DNA of 64,000 nt from an uncultured delta proteobacterium. Lineage in GTDB: Bacteria; Myxococcota_A; Polyangia; Fen-1088. The translations under genes were made by a program, and so were the position numbers. The notes beneath the pieces are model-generated. The model saw only the letters and a list, made by a program, of their open reading frames with translations. It was not told where the DNA came from and ran no database searches. The stretch's first letter is position 1, and the number at the start of each line of letters is the position of its first letter. Below, one piece after another: positions 20,799 through 30,255 of the stretch. The DNA lies in the NCBI GenBank assembly GCA_963767925.1, contig CAVYGB010000002.1:864001-928000 (forward strand), in the 5' to 3' direction.

Positions 20799-21983
20799 CT
20801 ATTTCGGCGCGGGCGCGTTGATCGCGGCGATCCCGGTGGTGGGGAGGTGGGCGATGCTCCAGGTGGCGGCCGCCTGCGGCGACGAGGTCGCGAGCAGCAA
20901 GCCTCCGGCACGGTTGGCGAGCAGGCGGACCCGGAGGGGGGTCTCGCCGCCCCCGCCCAGGAGGCGCCAGGTCGCGCCGCCGTCGGGGCGGATCCACGAG
21001 ACGCTGTCCGCCGGGTCGCCCGACAGATCGGACAGGACGAGGTACAGGCCGCTGGCGTCGGCCAGGAGCTGCGTCTCGCGACCAGCGTCGGCGGCCGGCG
21101 TGACAACCGTGCAGGTGACCGCCCTGCCCTGGACCGCCACCCGCGCCACCCGCTTGGCGCCGAACGGGTCGAGCGCCAGCCAGGCGACGCCGCCGTGAAC
21201 GGCCAGCGCGTCGGCGGCGGACAGCCCCGAGGCCAGCCGTTGCGGGCTGGTGCCGTCGCGCCGGGCCCGCCACAGGGCGTTCTCCTCGACCCAGTAGATC
21301 GTGTCGCCTTCGAGGGCGATCGAGCGGGGCGGGGCCGACCGCGACAGGACGGTCGTCTCGCCGGTCGTGCGCGCCACCGCGCTGATCCCGACCGGGGAGA
21401 TCCGGGACAGGTAGAGGCGCTCCTCGTCTACCGCCAGCAGGCGCGTGCTCGAAGACGGCGGCACCACGCCGCTGATGGGGATGGAGCCGAGGACGGAGAT
21501 GGCGGCGCCCCCGGTCTTCGGCTGGGTGTAGAGCGCGCCGCTGGTGGGGGGTTTGGAGGGGAAGAACTCCAGCCAGGCCAGATCGTTCCCCGACGCCCAC
21601 AGCCGGCCGATGAGGGTGCGACCGGGGGAGAGCACCTGGTGGCTCAGCAGCCGCGGGGTGGGGGCGTCGAGCGGGAGCTGGTAGCTCTCGACGGTGGTCG
21701 GCTTCACGGTCGGCGCGGTCTCGTTGTCGTAGCTGACCCAGTAGACGCTCTCGCCGTCGAAGGTGAACCAGGGGTAGCCGAGGACGGAGAAGGTCGCGGT
21801 CTCCTGGAGGGCGGGGCGGGTGGTGCCGGCCAGGCTCGGGGTCGAGCTCCCCGCGGGGCACTCCGCGGCGATGGGGTCGGCGGCGGGATCCAGCGGGGTC
21901 GGCTCCGGGGCGTTGCCTGCGCCGCAGGCGGAGGCCCAGAGGAGGGCGGAGGCGGCGAGGAGGTGGCGGCGCCGGGGGGGCAT
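20799..21983 (-). CDS. Hypothetical beta-propeller lipoprotein
   Basis: Lipobox ASAC, repeated blades (DGESVYWV, VDEERLYL, LEGDTIYWV, ADASGLYL). Confidence 0.65.
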   Translation of the reverse strand: MPPRRRHLLAASALLWASACGAGNAPEPTPLDPAADPIAAECPAGSSTPSLAGTTRPALQETATFSVLGYPWFTFDGESVYWVSYDNETAPTVKPTTVESYQLPLDAPTPRLLSHQVLSPGRTLIGRLWASGNDLAWLEFFPSKPPTSGALYTQPKTGGAAISVLGSIPISGVVPPSSSTRLLAVDEERLYLSRISPVGISAVARTTGETTVLSRSAPPRSIALEGDTIYWVEENALWRARRDGTSPQRLASGLSAADALAVHGGVAWLALDPFGAKRVARVAVQGRAVTCTVVTPAADAGRETQLLADASGLYLVLSDLSGDPADSVSWIRPDGGATWRLLGGGGETPLRVRLLANRAGGLLLATSSPQAAATWSIAHLPTTGIAAINAPAPK

Positions 21984-22157
21984 CTCGAAAGTGTACGTGC
22001 TTCGCTCCCGGTGCACCCGGACGCGTCGCGGAACCGGCGACGTGCTGCGCGGGGGTCGTGAAGGGGGGCTTCTACCCCACGCCTCGGGGACGCGGACGCG
22101 GACGGCCACGCGGGGTCCCTCCGTGGGGATGAGGCCGCGTCCCCGTACTCGTACGCG

Positions 22158-23069
22158 TCAGGCGCGGCGGCGGCGGCGGGAGAAGGCGAGAAGGAGGGCG
22201 AGCAGGGGTAGCGCGGCGCTGGGAGCGGTGGCGCTGGGGGCGAAGCTGCAGCCGGACTTGGGCGTGGCGGGGACGGTCGTGGGGGTGGGATCGACGACCG
22301 GGGGCATGGGGCGGGTGGTCGGCGCCTGCGGTGGGGTGATCGGTTCGGGAGCGGGGGGCTGGGCCAGGGGGGGTGGGGCGATGGGAGGGGGAGAGGCGTC
22401 TCTCATCTCGGGGGGCGGCTGGGCGCCGGCCTCGGCGACCGGGCGGGCGTCGTCGGCGCCGGCGTCGGGGGTCGCCGTGGGCGCGGGGCCGCCGTCGGTG
22501 GCGGGGGAGTCGGAGAAGCCGGGGGGCGGGGTATAGGTGCCGCCCTGGGACACGAAGGTCATCGCGATCCGCATACGGGTGGGCATGAAAGACGACTTGG
22601 GGTTGCCGCCGTTGTTGTTGGCCCGATCCTTCACGATGAGCTGGACGAGGTTGGTCTTGCCGTCCCAGTTGATCTGATTGAATTGATAAAACGAGCTGGC
22701 CGGCCGCATGGTCGTGACCCGCCCGGTGGTCTTGTAAAACTCGGTGCTGCGACAGCCATAGCGGGCGCCGTTGATGAAACAGATGTCGACCTGGGTGTCG
22801 AGCTGGCTCGGCTTGGTCAGCACGTCCTGCTCGATGTAGACCGTCCCCTGGGTGTAGTCGATCGGGGCCCGCCAGCTATCGGGCTGGGTGAAGGGCACCT
22901 GCGCGGACGGCCGCACGTCGTAGTGCGCGTCGTTCGTGTTCTGCAGGGTCGCTTCGTACTCGAAGTTGAAGAAGGTGAACTGCTCGGCGCCCGCGCGCGC
23001 GGGCGCACCGAGGGCGAGGGCCGCGCTCACCACCGCCAGCGCGCTGCCGCGAAACGTCCGGGTCGACAT
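22158..23069 (-). CDS. MYXO-CTERM sorting domain protein
   Basis: Signal peptide ARA, Pro-rich linker, C-terminal SGCS...LLALLLAFSRRRRRA. Confidence 0.8.
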   Translation of the reverse strand: MSTRTFRGSALAVVSAALALGAPARAGAEQFTFFNFEYEATLQNTNDAHYDVRPSAQVPFTQPDSWRAPIDYTQGTVYIEQDVLTKPSQLDTQVDICFINGARYGCRSTEFYKTTGRVTTMRPASSFYQFNQINWDGKTNLVQLIVKDRANNNGGNPKSSFMPTRMRIAMTFVSQGGTYTPPPGFSDSPATDGGPAPTATPDAGADDARPVAEAGAQPPPEMRDASPPPIAPPPLAQPPAPEPITPPQAPTTRPMPPVVDPTPTTVPATPKSGCSFAPSATAPSAALPLLALLLAFSRRRRRA

Positions 23070-23171
23070 GGTCGGCGACCCTATCACGATCGCCGGGGGC
23101 GGAAACGTTGCCGCCACCGGGCCGCCCTGCCGAAACCGCAGGAGCCTGGCGCTGCGTCGCGGGCGCGGGGC

Positions 23172-23744
23172 TCACCACTTGCCGCGGAGGGCGACCTGAC
23201 CGGACAGGGGCGCCACGTCGACGCGGAAGCGGCGCTCGGGGTGGTTGGCCTTCACGGTGTCGTTGTTGATGTAGAGGTAGACGGGCGTGGGGCCGACCGG
23301 GGGCAGCGGGGCGATGTAGCCTGCGCCCATGGTGCCGAAGACGATCTGCTTGGCCACCGTGGGCGACAGCGTCGCCGAGGGTGCCGAGGTGGTGCCGGTG
23401 ACGTCGAAGGTGCTCACACCGACCCGGGCCCGGATGACGTGAAGGGCCGGGTCGGAGGTGGTCGGGGCCACCAGGGGCGCGGTGGGTGAGGTCCCGGGCC
23501 TGGCGGCGCGAATCTCCACCCGGTCCGAATAGATGAAGGCGTAGCGGGGTAAGCGGGTGGCGACCGCCTCCATGCGGGCCCGCTGCAGCTCGGCCGAGAC
23601 CTCCTCGGCGTAGCCCTTGCCGCCAGACGCCGCCTTGTCCCGGCTGAGGCTCGGCGCGGCCGCTGCCGCCATCGCGCCCATGATGGTCACGACCGTCATG
23701 AGCTCTGCGACCGTGAACCCTGCGTCGCCGTTTCGTCGTTGCAT
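23172..23744 (-). CDS. Prepilin-type (FimT/GspH-like) minor pilin, copy 1
   Basis: Class III signal G^FTVAE with E5, hydrophobic helix, LQRARMEAV. Confidence 0.85.
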   Translation of the reverse strand: MQRRNGDAGFTVAELMTVVTIMGAMAAAAAPSLSRDKAASGGKGYAEEVSAELQRARMEAVATRLPRYAFIYSDRVEIRAARPGTSPTAPLVAPTTSDPALHVIRARVGVSTFDVTGTTSAPSATLSPTVAKQIVFGTMGAGYIAPLPPVGPTPVYLYINNDTVKANHPERRFRVDVAPLSGQVALRGKW

Positions 23745-23760
23745 CTTGCTGGAGGGTATT

Positions 23761-23776
23761 TGCAAGGCCGGGTCCA
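23761..23776 (-). promoter_or_regulatory. Sigma54 promoter of pilin copy 1
   Basis: TGG-ACCCGGCC-TTGCA (GG-N10-GC). Confidence 0.65.
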
Positions 23777-23860
23777 CACCCGACCGCGCCGATGATCCCG
23801 AGGTTTCCAGCTCGCTGCCGCACACCGGCTGCGGCCCTCGCGGCGCGATCCCGGGGCGAG

Positions 23861-23898
23861 TCCGCGCAACAGTGTTGTCAGCAGCAGGCAACGACCAC
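23861..23898. promoter_or_regulatory. Conserved upstream element (candidate bEBP enhancer), copy 1
   Basis: 34/38 identical to 24783-24820; contains the CAACA-G-TGTTG palindrome. Confidence 0.6.
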
Positions 23899-23924
23899 CT
23901 CGCGCTCGACCGCACCGCCACCGC

Positions 23925-24500
23925 TCACCACTTGCCGCGGAGAGCGACCTGGCCGGACAGGGGGGCCACGTCGACCCGGAAGCGGCGCTCGGGGTGGTTG
24001 GGCTTCACGGTGTCGTTGTTGATGTAGAGGTAGACCGGGGTGGGGTTGGTCGGCACGACCGGCGCGATGTGGCCGGCGCCCATGCTGCCGAAGACGATCT
24101 GCTTGGCGACGGTGGGCGACAGCGTGGCGGACGGGGCGGTCGAGGTGCCGGTGACGTCGAAGGTGCTCACACCGACCCGGGCGCGGATGACATGCAGGAC
24201 GGGGTCGGAGGTGGTGGGGGCGAGGAGGGCGGCGGTCGGCGAGGCGCCGGGGCGGGCGGCGCGGATCTCGACGCGGTCCGAATAGATGAAGGCGTAGCGG
24301 GGCAAGCGGGTGGCAACGGCCTCCATGCGCGCGCGCTGCAGCTGCTGCGAGACTTCCTCGGCGTAGCCCTTGCCGCTGGACGCGGCCTTGTCGCGGGTCA
24401 GGCTCGGCCCTGCCGCCGCGGCCATCGCGCCCATGATTGTCACGACCGTCATCAGCTCCGCCATCGTGAACCCTGCTTCGCCGTTCCGCCGTTTCGCCAT
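23925..24500 (-). CDS. Prepilin-type (FimT/GspH-like) minor pilin, copy 2
   Basis: G^FTMAE signal; near-identical to copy 1 over its full length. Confidence 0.85.
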   Translation of the reverse strand: MAKRRNGEAGFTMAELMTVVTIMGAMAAAAGPSLTRDKAASSGKGYAEEVSQQLQRARMEAVATRLPRYAFIYSDRVEIRAARPGASPTAALLAPTTSDPVLHVIRARVGVSTFDVTGTSTAPSATLSPTVAKQIVFGSMGAGHIAPVVPTNPTPVYLYINNDTVKPNHPERRFRVDVAPLSGQVALRGKW

Positions 24501-24512
24501 ACCAGAGGACAC

Positions 24513-24528
24513 TGCAAGGGCGAGACCA
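24513..24528 (-). promoter_or_regulatory. Sigma54 promoter of pilin copy 2
   Basis: TGG-TCTCGCCC-TTGCA (GG-N10-GC). Confidence 0.65.
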
Positions 24529-24782
24529 CGGAAGAACCCGGCGGGATCCCTCGGTCGCCAGGGGCGGTCGCTGTCCGCGGCGGTGCGAGCGCCGGCCGAT
24601 CGAGACGGCCTGTCGGGTCGGCGGCGAGACGACCACGCGCCCGGTCGCGCGGCGGCTGGCTCGGTAAATCCCCCGTGAGATCCGCAGGCTCGCCGCGCGG
24701 GACGCCCCCTTCGCTTCGCATCGATCGGCGCGCCTGCGCCCGCCAACCTGCTCCGGCGCTAAGGACCCGAGCCCGCGACCGA

Positions 24783-24820
24783 TCCGCGCAACAGTGTTGC
24801 AAGGGGCAGGCAACGACCAC
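24783..24820. promoter_or_regulatory. Conserved upstream element (candidate bEBP enhancer), copy 2
   Basis: GCAACA-G-TGTTGC perfect palindrome followed by GCAGGCAACGACCAC, shared with copy 1. Confidence 0.6.
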
Positions 24821-25109
24821 ACTGCGCGCCGCTGCCCGCCTGCCCCCTCACCTCCCCTTCGCTGCCACCCGGGCCGCCTTTCCCGACAGCGCCCCACCTC
24901 CGGGGCCGTCCCGTCGCCGGTCGGCCGTCCGTCGGGGGCCCGGGCGCGCTCCCGCTGAAACTCCTGTTCATTTCGAGTCGCGGCCGGCGAGCGACCGCCA
25001 TCTCCTTGACGGTCCGCGGGCGGCGACCTTACCGTCTCAACGTTTTCATCACGATCACGTGCCGTGATCGCGTCGGGTCGGTCCCATCCCCCTTCCCCGG
25101 AGGCGTCCC

Positions 25110-26432
25110 GTGAAGCAGCCCTCGAACGCATCGCCCACCGGCGCCCTCAACCGCCGACAGATGCTCACCCGGACCGGCCTCGCGCTGGCCGCCTCGCCCT
25201 TCCTGGCGCGCTCGGCCTCGGCGCAGACGGCCGGGCAGCCGCTGCGGCTGATCTGCTGGCCGCTGTTCAACGGCGCCGAGTCGAACTACTTCTACCCCGG
25301 CGGGGGCAGCGCCTCGACGCTGAGCACGATCACCGAACCGCTGCGCAAACACGCCGGCCTGGTGTCGTTCATCCGCGGCGTCAACATCTCCGGGTCGGTC
25401 AACCACTACGCCATCCGCAGCATGTACACGGGGGGCAACGTCAGCAGCTACACCTCGCCCGACCCCACCTTGGCCTCGATCGATCAGCTCGTCGCCAACC
25501 ACATCGCGAAGACCGCGCCCACCCCCGTCAAGTCGGTGCACCTCGGCGTCATCCCGGCCGACTCGCTGGCCGCCTACCACCGCGGCCAGTCGATGGTCTT
25601 CTTCGCCCCCGCCCGGGTCGACTACGAGGCCAACCCGGTCACCGCCTTCGACCGGCTGTTCGGGGGCGCCGGGGCCGGCGCGCCCGCCGCGCCGATGGGC
25701 GCCGATCTCTCCGAGCCGGCGCGGGCGGTGCTCGACGCCGAGCTCTCCGAGCTCTCCACGAAGGTGTCCGGCATCGCCAGCGAGACGCGCAAGCTGGAGC
25801 TGCACCGCGACTCCTGGAAGGACCTGCGCGCCTCGGCGCGGCCGAGCGGCGTCGGCCCGGTGGCGGCGTCCGGCCCCCTGGCGAGCGTCGAGAAGCTGCG
25901 CCCCCTCATCCAGGACAACGCCAAGGACGCCTACAAGCGCGACTACTTCGCCGACCTGTTCGACGCCCAGGTCGACAACATGGCCCGCGTCCTGGTCAGC
26001 GGCCTGTCCCGGGTGGTGACCATCCAGCCGGGCAGCGCCGACAACAACCTGATCGTCCCGGTGGGCCGCGGCTATCCCCACCACAACACCTCCCACGGCA
26101 ACCAGACCACCTTCTCGATGGTGCAGCAGTACTACTTCACGAAGATGGCCCGGCTGCTCGACGCCCTCGACGTCCCCGACCCGCTCGACCCCGGACGCAC
26201 GGTGCTCGACAACAGCCTCATCGTCATGATCGCCGAGTGCCTGCCCGTCTCGCACTCGAGCAACGGAGTGCCGACGATGCTGGTCGGCAAGCTGGGCGGC
26301 AAGATCAAGGCCGGCGCTTACATCAACCAGAGCGGCATCACGAACAAGAACGTCATGGCGACCGTCCTGCGCGCCTTCGGTCTCGAGGGCGCCCACTTCG
26401 GCTCGACCCTGGTCAATGGGGTGCTGTCATGA
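25110..26432 (+). CDS. DUF1552 family protein (Tat substrate)
   Basis: NRRQML Tat motif, ASIDQLVA, NPVTAFDRLF, HHNTSH, TVLDNSLI; paired with a DUF1592 gene. Confidence 0.85.
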   Translation: MKQPSNASPTGALNRRQMLTRTGLALAASPFLARSASAQTAGQPLRLICWPLFNGAESNYFYPGGGSASTLSTITEPLRKHAGLVSFIRGVNISGSVNHYAIRSMYTGGNVSSYTSPDPTLASIDQLVANHIAKTAPTPVKSVHLGVIPADSLAAYHRGQSMVFFAPARVDYEANPVTAFDRLFGGAGAGAPAAPMGADLSEPARAVLDAELSELSTKVSGIASETRKLELHRDSWKDLRASARPSGVGPVAASGPLASVEKLRPLIQDNAKDAYKRDYFADLFDAQVDNMARVLVSGLSRVVTIQPGSADNNLIVPVGRGYPHHNTSHGNQTTFSMVQQYYFTKMARLLDALDVPDPLDPGRTVLDNSLIVMIAECLPVSHSSNGVPTMLVGKLGGKIKAGAYINQSGITNKNVMATVLRAFGLEGAHFGSTLVNGVLS

Positions 26433-28189
26433 ACCGGCTCGCGACCTCCCTGTCCCTCGCGCTGGCCCTCGGCTGCACGGGCGCCGTCCAGGACGGTGCC
26501 CCCGGCGGCACAAACCCGGGCGGACCCGGCGCGAACCCGAGCGCCCCCGGCAACACCCCCGGCGCCCCGCCCAGCCCCGGCAACACCGCCACCCCCGGCG
26601 CGCCGCCGAGCGACGACCCGGCCGCGCCGCCCTCGGCCCAGGTGGCCTGCACCAGCGGCAGCGAGACGGTCGGCCGGCGCGTGCTGCGCCGCCTGACCAA
26701 CGGCGAGCTGGAGGCCACCATCCGCGCCGCCTTCGGCCTCGGCGCCGCGCAGTGGCCGGGGCTGACCGTGCCGCCCGATCCCGGCTCGCCCGACGGGTTC
26801 AACAACCACGTCGACCACCTGACCGCGGGGGCCGAATACGTGCGCGGCCTCGAGGAGAGCGGCCGCAAGGTCGCGGCGCTGGTCTCGACCGACCTGCTGG
26901 CCCAGGTCGCCCCCTGCGCCGCCGCGGGCGACGCCGCCTGCGCCGAGGCCTTCCTCGACACCGTCGGCCCGCGCCTGTACCGCCGCCCGCTGACCGCGGT
27001 GGAGAAGGCCCGTTACCTCGCGCTGCACACCCGCGCGAGCAGCGCCGGCCCGCCCGACTTCAAGGCCTTCGTCTACTGGGCCACCGCGACGATGTTGCAG
27101 TCGCCGCACGTGATCTACCGGAGCGAGCTGGGCCAGCCCGACGGGGCCGGCCGCTTCCGCCTGACCCCCCACGAGGTGGCCAGCGCCCTCGCCTACACCT
27201 TCACCGGCGGCCCCCCCGGCGCCGAGCTGCTCGAGCTGGCGGCCGCCAACCGGCTGGCCACCGCCGACGACGTCGAGGCCGCCGCCCGCGGGTTGATGTT
27301 CGAGCGCCCTGGCGTGGTGCGCCCGGCCTTCCGGGGCGTGCTCCTGCGCTTCGCCGACCAGTGGCTCAGCCTCGACACCCTGTCGAACATCAAGAAGGAC
27401 GCCCTGGCCTTCCCCGACTTCAACGCCCAGATCCAGGACGCCCTCGCCGGCGAGACCGAGCGCTTCCTCACCACCGTGCTGCTCGAGGAGAAGGGGACGC
27501 TGGCTAGCCTGCTGACGGCCCCCTTCACCTTCGTCGACAGCCGCCTGGCCCGCTACTACGGCTACGGCGCCGCCAGCGGGAGCGACTTCGTGAAGGTCGA
27601 GCGTCCGGCCGACTGGGGCGTGGGCCTGCTGGCCCAGGGCTCGATGCTGGCCATCGAGTCGCACAGCCTGTCGACCTCCCCGACCAAGCGGGGCATCCTG
27701 GTCCGCTCGCGCCTGCTCTGTGGGGTGGTCCCGCCGCCGCCGCCGGTGGTCAACCCCTTGCCCGAGCCGACCGAGGCCGACACCACCCGCCAGCGCTACG
27801 AGCTCCTCCACCTGGCCGACGCGAGCTGCAAGGCCTGCCACCAGCTCATGGATCCCATCGGCTTCGCCTTCGAGCACCTCGACGCCTCCGGCCGCTACCG
27901 GGCCAAGGAAGGCAAGTTCGACATCGACGACAGCGGCGTCGTGACCGGCACCAGCGCCGGCGACCTCCCCTTCCGCGGCCCCACCGAGCTGGCCCAGGCC
28001 CTCGCCCGCCTGCCCGAGACCAACGACTGCCTGGCCGCCTACGCCGCCACCTTCACCTTCGGCGTCAGCCAGGAGAACGCCGCCTGCCTCGTGCGCGGCG
28101 CCACCGCCGACCTCCGGGCCGGCGCCAGCGTCGTCGACTTCTTCCTGCGCCTCTCCCGCTCCGACCACTTCCGCCTCCGCCAGCCCTGA
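26429..28189 (+). CDS. DUF1592/DUF1588/DUF1595 (PSD/PSCyt) lipoprotein with CxxCH
   Basis: LRRLTNGE, YRRPLT, LQSPHVIYRSE, TSPTKRG, CKACH...DPIGFAFEHLDASGRYR; ATGA overlap. Confidence 0.88.
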   Translation: MNRLATSLSLALALGCTGAVQDGAPGGTNPGGPGANPSAPGNTPGAPPSPGNTATPGAPPSDDPAAPPSAQVACTSGSETVGRRVLRRLTNGELEATIRAAFGLGAAQWPGLTVPPDPGSPDGFNNHVDHLTAGAEYVRGLEESGRKVAALVSTDLLAQVAPCAAAGDAACAEAFLDTVGPRLYRRPLTAVEKARYLALHTRASSAGPPDFKAFVYWATATMLQSPHVIYRSELGQPDGAGRFRLTPHEVASALAYTFTGGPPGAELLELAAANRLATADDVEAAARGLMFERPGVVRPAFRGVLLRFADQWLSLDTLSNIKKDALAFPDFNAQIQDALAGETERFLTTVLLEEKGTLASLLTAPFTFVDSRLARYYGYGAASGSDFVKVERPADWGVGLLAQGSMLAIESHSLSTSPTKRGILVRSRLLCGVVPPPPPVVNPLPEPTEADTTRQRYELLHLADASCKACHQLMDPIGFAFEHLDASGRYRAKEGKFDIDDSGVVTGTSAGDLPFRGPTELAQALARLPETNDCLAAYAATFTFGVSQENAACLVRGATADLRAGASVVDFFLRLSRSDHFRLRQP

Positions 28190-28244
28190 CCTCCCCGGGC
28201 GCAAGCACGACCGGCGCGAGCGGCGGGCGCGGGCGGCGCCCCGC

Positions 28245-28697
28245 TCAGCGCGAGGGCGGCGTCTTCTTGCGCTTGCGCTGCAGGGTCGACCGGCGGACGC
28301 CGAGCACGCGCGCGGCCTCGGAGACGTTGCCCAGGCAGGACATCACGAAGTCGATGTAGTGCCACTCGACGAAGTAGAGCGTCGGCAGCTCGGAGGCAGC
28401 GGCCACCATGAGCTTCGGCGCGGCCTCCTCCGCCTCCTGCTGAAAGGGAATGCAGATCGCCCGCTCCGGATCCCGGAGGACGTGCCGGCTCTCCGTGAGA
28501 GGGGGGCGTTCCTGGCAAGCCCGCGCCTCCTGCGCCCGCATGAAGTCCTCACGGTCGCTCGCCTCCATGAAGGTCGGTTTCCAGCTCTCGACCCGCCAGC
28601 CCCGGGAGGTGACGAGCGGGTCGAAGGCATCTTGGGGGGTTATCCGCTGCCCAAAGGCCAGCAGTGCGCTCGGTTGCTTCGGATCGTGTCGTGCCAT
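28245..28697 (-). CDS. Fis-type HTH regulator resembling the RegA/PrrA DNA-binding domain, no intact receiver
   Basis: TLYFVEWHYIDFVMSCLGNVSEAARVLGVRRSTLQRK; N-terminus lacks the DD/D/K receiver pattern. Confidence 0.65.
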   Translation of the reverse strand: MARHDPKQPSALLAFGQRITPQDAFDPLVTSRGWRVESWKPTFMEASDREDFMRAQEARACQERPPLTESRHVLRDPERAICIPFQQEAEEAAPKLMVAAASELPTLYFVEWHYIDFVMSCLGNVSEAARVLGVRRSTLQRKRKKTPPSR

Positions 28698-28929
28698 CGA
28701 AGGTTCCTTTTTGCCCGCCGCCTACGAACGAAAGGCTTCACGCCAAGTTCCTGAAGATCGTTCAATATCATCTGAACCAATGGAGTCATAATATTTAGTA
28801 TCAAAACTGAAGGGAAGCTGTTGCGCTCGTCACGCGCGGTCAGCGACCTGCCCAAGCCGCTCTGTCGATCGGACCGCGTCTGATTCGTCTCGTCGCACTT
28901 CCTGCGACAAGAACCTGACGGTCGCAGTG

Positions 28930-29020
28930 CCTCACCTCACCTCGTCTCGTTTCACCTCGCCTCGCCTCGTTTCACCTCGCCTCGCCTCGTTTTCGCCTCG
29001 CCTCGCCTCGCTTCGCTTCG
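28930..29020. repeat. Degenerate pentamer array (CCTCG/CCTCA/TTTCA/CTTCG) x~18
   Basis: Directly visible pyrimidine-rich 5-bp periodicity. Confidence 0.85.
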
Positions 29021-29328
29021 CGCGCGCATCTCGTACGTCCGCTCGCCCCAACATCCGTCATCACGTCCGACCGCGCTCGCTGCTGTCACAAAGTTTGCCA
29101 GTGACAGGCAGGCGCATTTTGCGGCGGCTCGCGAGTGATGCCAGCGACGGAAAAGCGCGCATATCTTGCGCCGCGAGGAACCTCAGCGGCGGCGTCCGAA
29201 CGCCGAGCAACCGCTCTGCGATCACACGCTAGACCTTCCACCGCGCTCAGCAGGATCGAGCGACTCCCCGGGCGCCGTCGCTTCGATCGCGGTCACGTCA
29301 TCGTCAGCACTGACCCTTCGACTGGCCA

Positions 29329-29497
29329 GATCGACAATCGCCCCACCACCTCGTGGAGCGAGCTCGACTGCCGGATCGACATTCGCCCCACCACCTCGGT
29401 GGAGCGAGCCCGACTTCCGGATCGACAATCGCCCCACACCTCGGTGGAGCGAGCTCGACTGCCGGATCGACATTCGCCCCACCACCTCGGTGGAGCG
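29329..29497. repeat. 45-46-bp tandem repeat x~3.7
   Basis: Units start at 29329, 29374, 29420 and 29465 (GATCGACA(A/T)TCGCCCCACCACCTCGGTGGAGCGAGC...); no unique spacers. Confidence 0.9.
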
Positions 29498-29582
29498 GAA
29501 GGATGGTGCGGGCTCGCACCGATCGTGAGCGGACGGTCCGGCATACTTGCCTGGACCGTCCGGCCCTCGACCGCGGACACGC

Positions 29583-30029
29583 TCAGCGGATCTGGGCGAG
29601 GCGCAGCTTGCCGCCGGCCCAGGCGCAGGGGAGCGCGATGGCGATGTTGGCCAGGGCGTACCAGGCGGGGCCCATGTTCCAGAACGCCACCGCCCCGACG
29701 GTCGCCAGCAGCGAGCCCACCACCCCGAGGGCCAGCGCATGGGCCAGCGGCCGCCCCGGGGCCAGCCGCGCCGCCAGGTACGTTCCCGCGATGTTCAGCG
29801 GGATCCGATAGGCCAGCGCCAGCACGAACAGGCCGTCCGACATCCGCTGGCCCATCGGCGGAAACACGCCGGTCGCGTGCAACACGGCATCGATCGCCGA
29901 GGTGATCACGAAGGTCGCCACCAGCCCCGCCAGCACCGCCCCCACGCTGCGCAACCGCCGCCGCCCCGGCACCCCCGCCCCCCGCCCCGATCCGCCGACA
30001 TCACCCGAAAAGGTCCCCGCGTTGTCCAT
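29583..30029 (-). CDS. Small 4-TM membrane protein
   Basis: SD GGAGGAA; RSVGAVLAG...LALAYR...RLAP...HALALG...GPAWY. Confidence 0.75.
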   Translation of the reverse strand: MDNAGTFSGDVGGSGRGAGVPGRRRLRSVGAVLAGLVATFVITSAIDAVLHATGVFPPMGQRMSDGLFVLALAYRIPLNIAGTYLAARLAPGRPLAHALALGVVGSLLATVGAVAFWNMGPAWYALANIAIALPCAWAGGKLRLAQIR

Positions 30030-30255
30030 GTTCCGTTCCTCCTTCTGCCCGGAGGTCGGAGCCACCCCCGCCGTCTCGACATCCCCCCTGTCGATTTCCC
30101 TCCAGACGCGACGGGCGCTCCTTCCGTCGTGACGCGCGGCCCGGTCAGGTGAACTCGATGGTCCGGCTTCTTTCATCGCTCCTCCAACCGTCGCCCCCGT
30201 GGATGCCTGGGCACAAAGGTGACGGCCAGGGCGGCCGGTCGTAGACTCACCGGAC

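Noticed and set aside
25064..28189. 1041-aa ORF
   Set aside because: The N-terminal part is an alternate frame of the DUF1552 gene; the real gene starts at ATG 26429
29329..29497. CRISPR array
   Set aside because: Units are head-to-tail with no unique spacers, and there are no cas genes in the window
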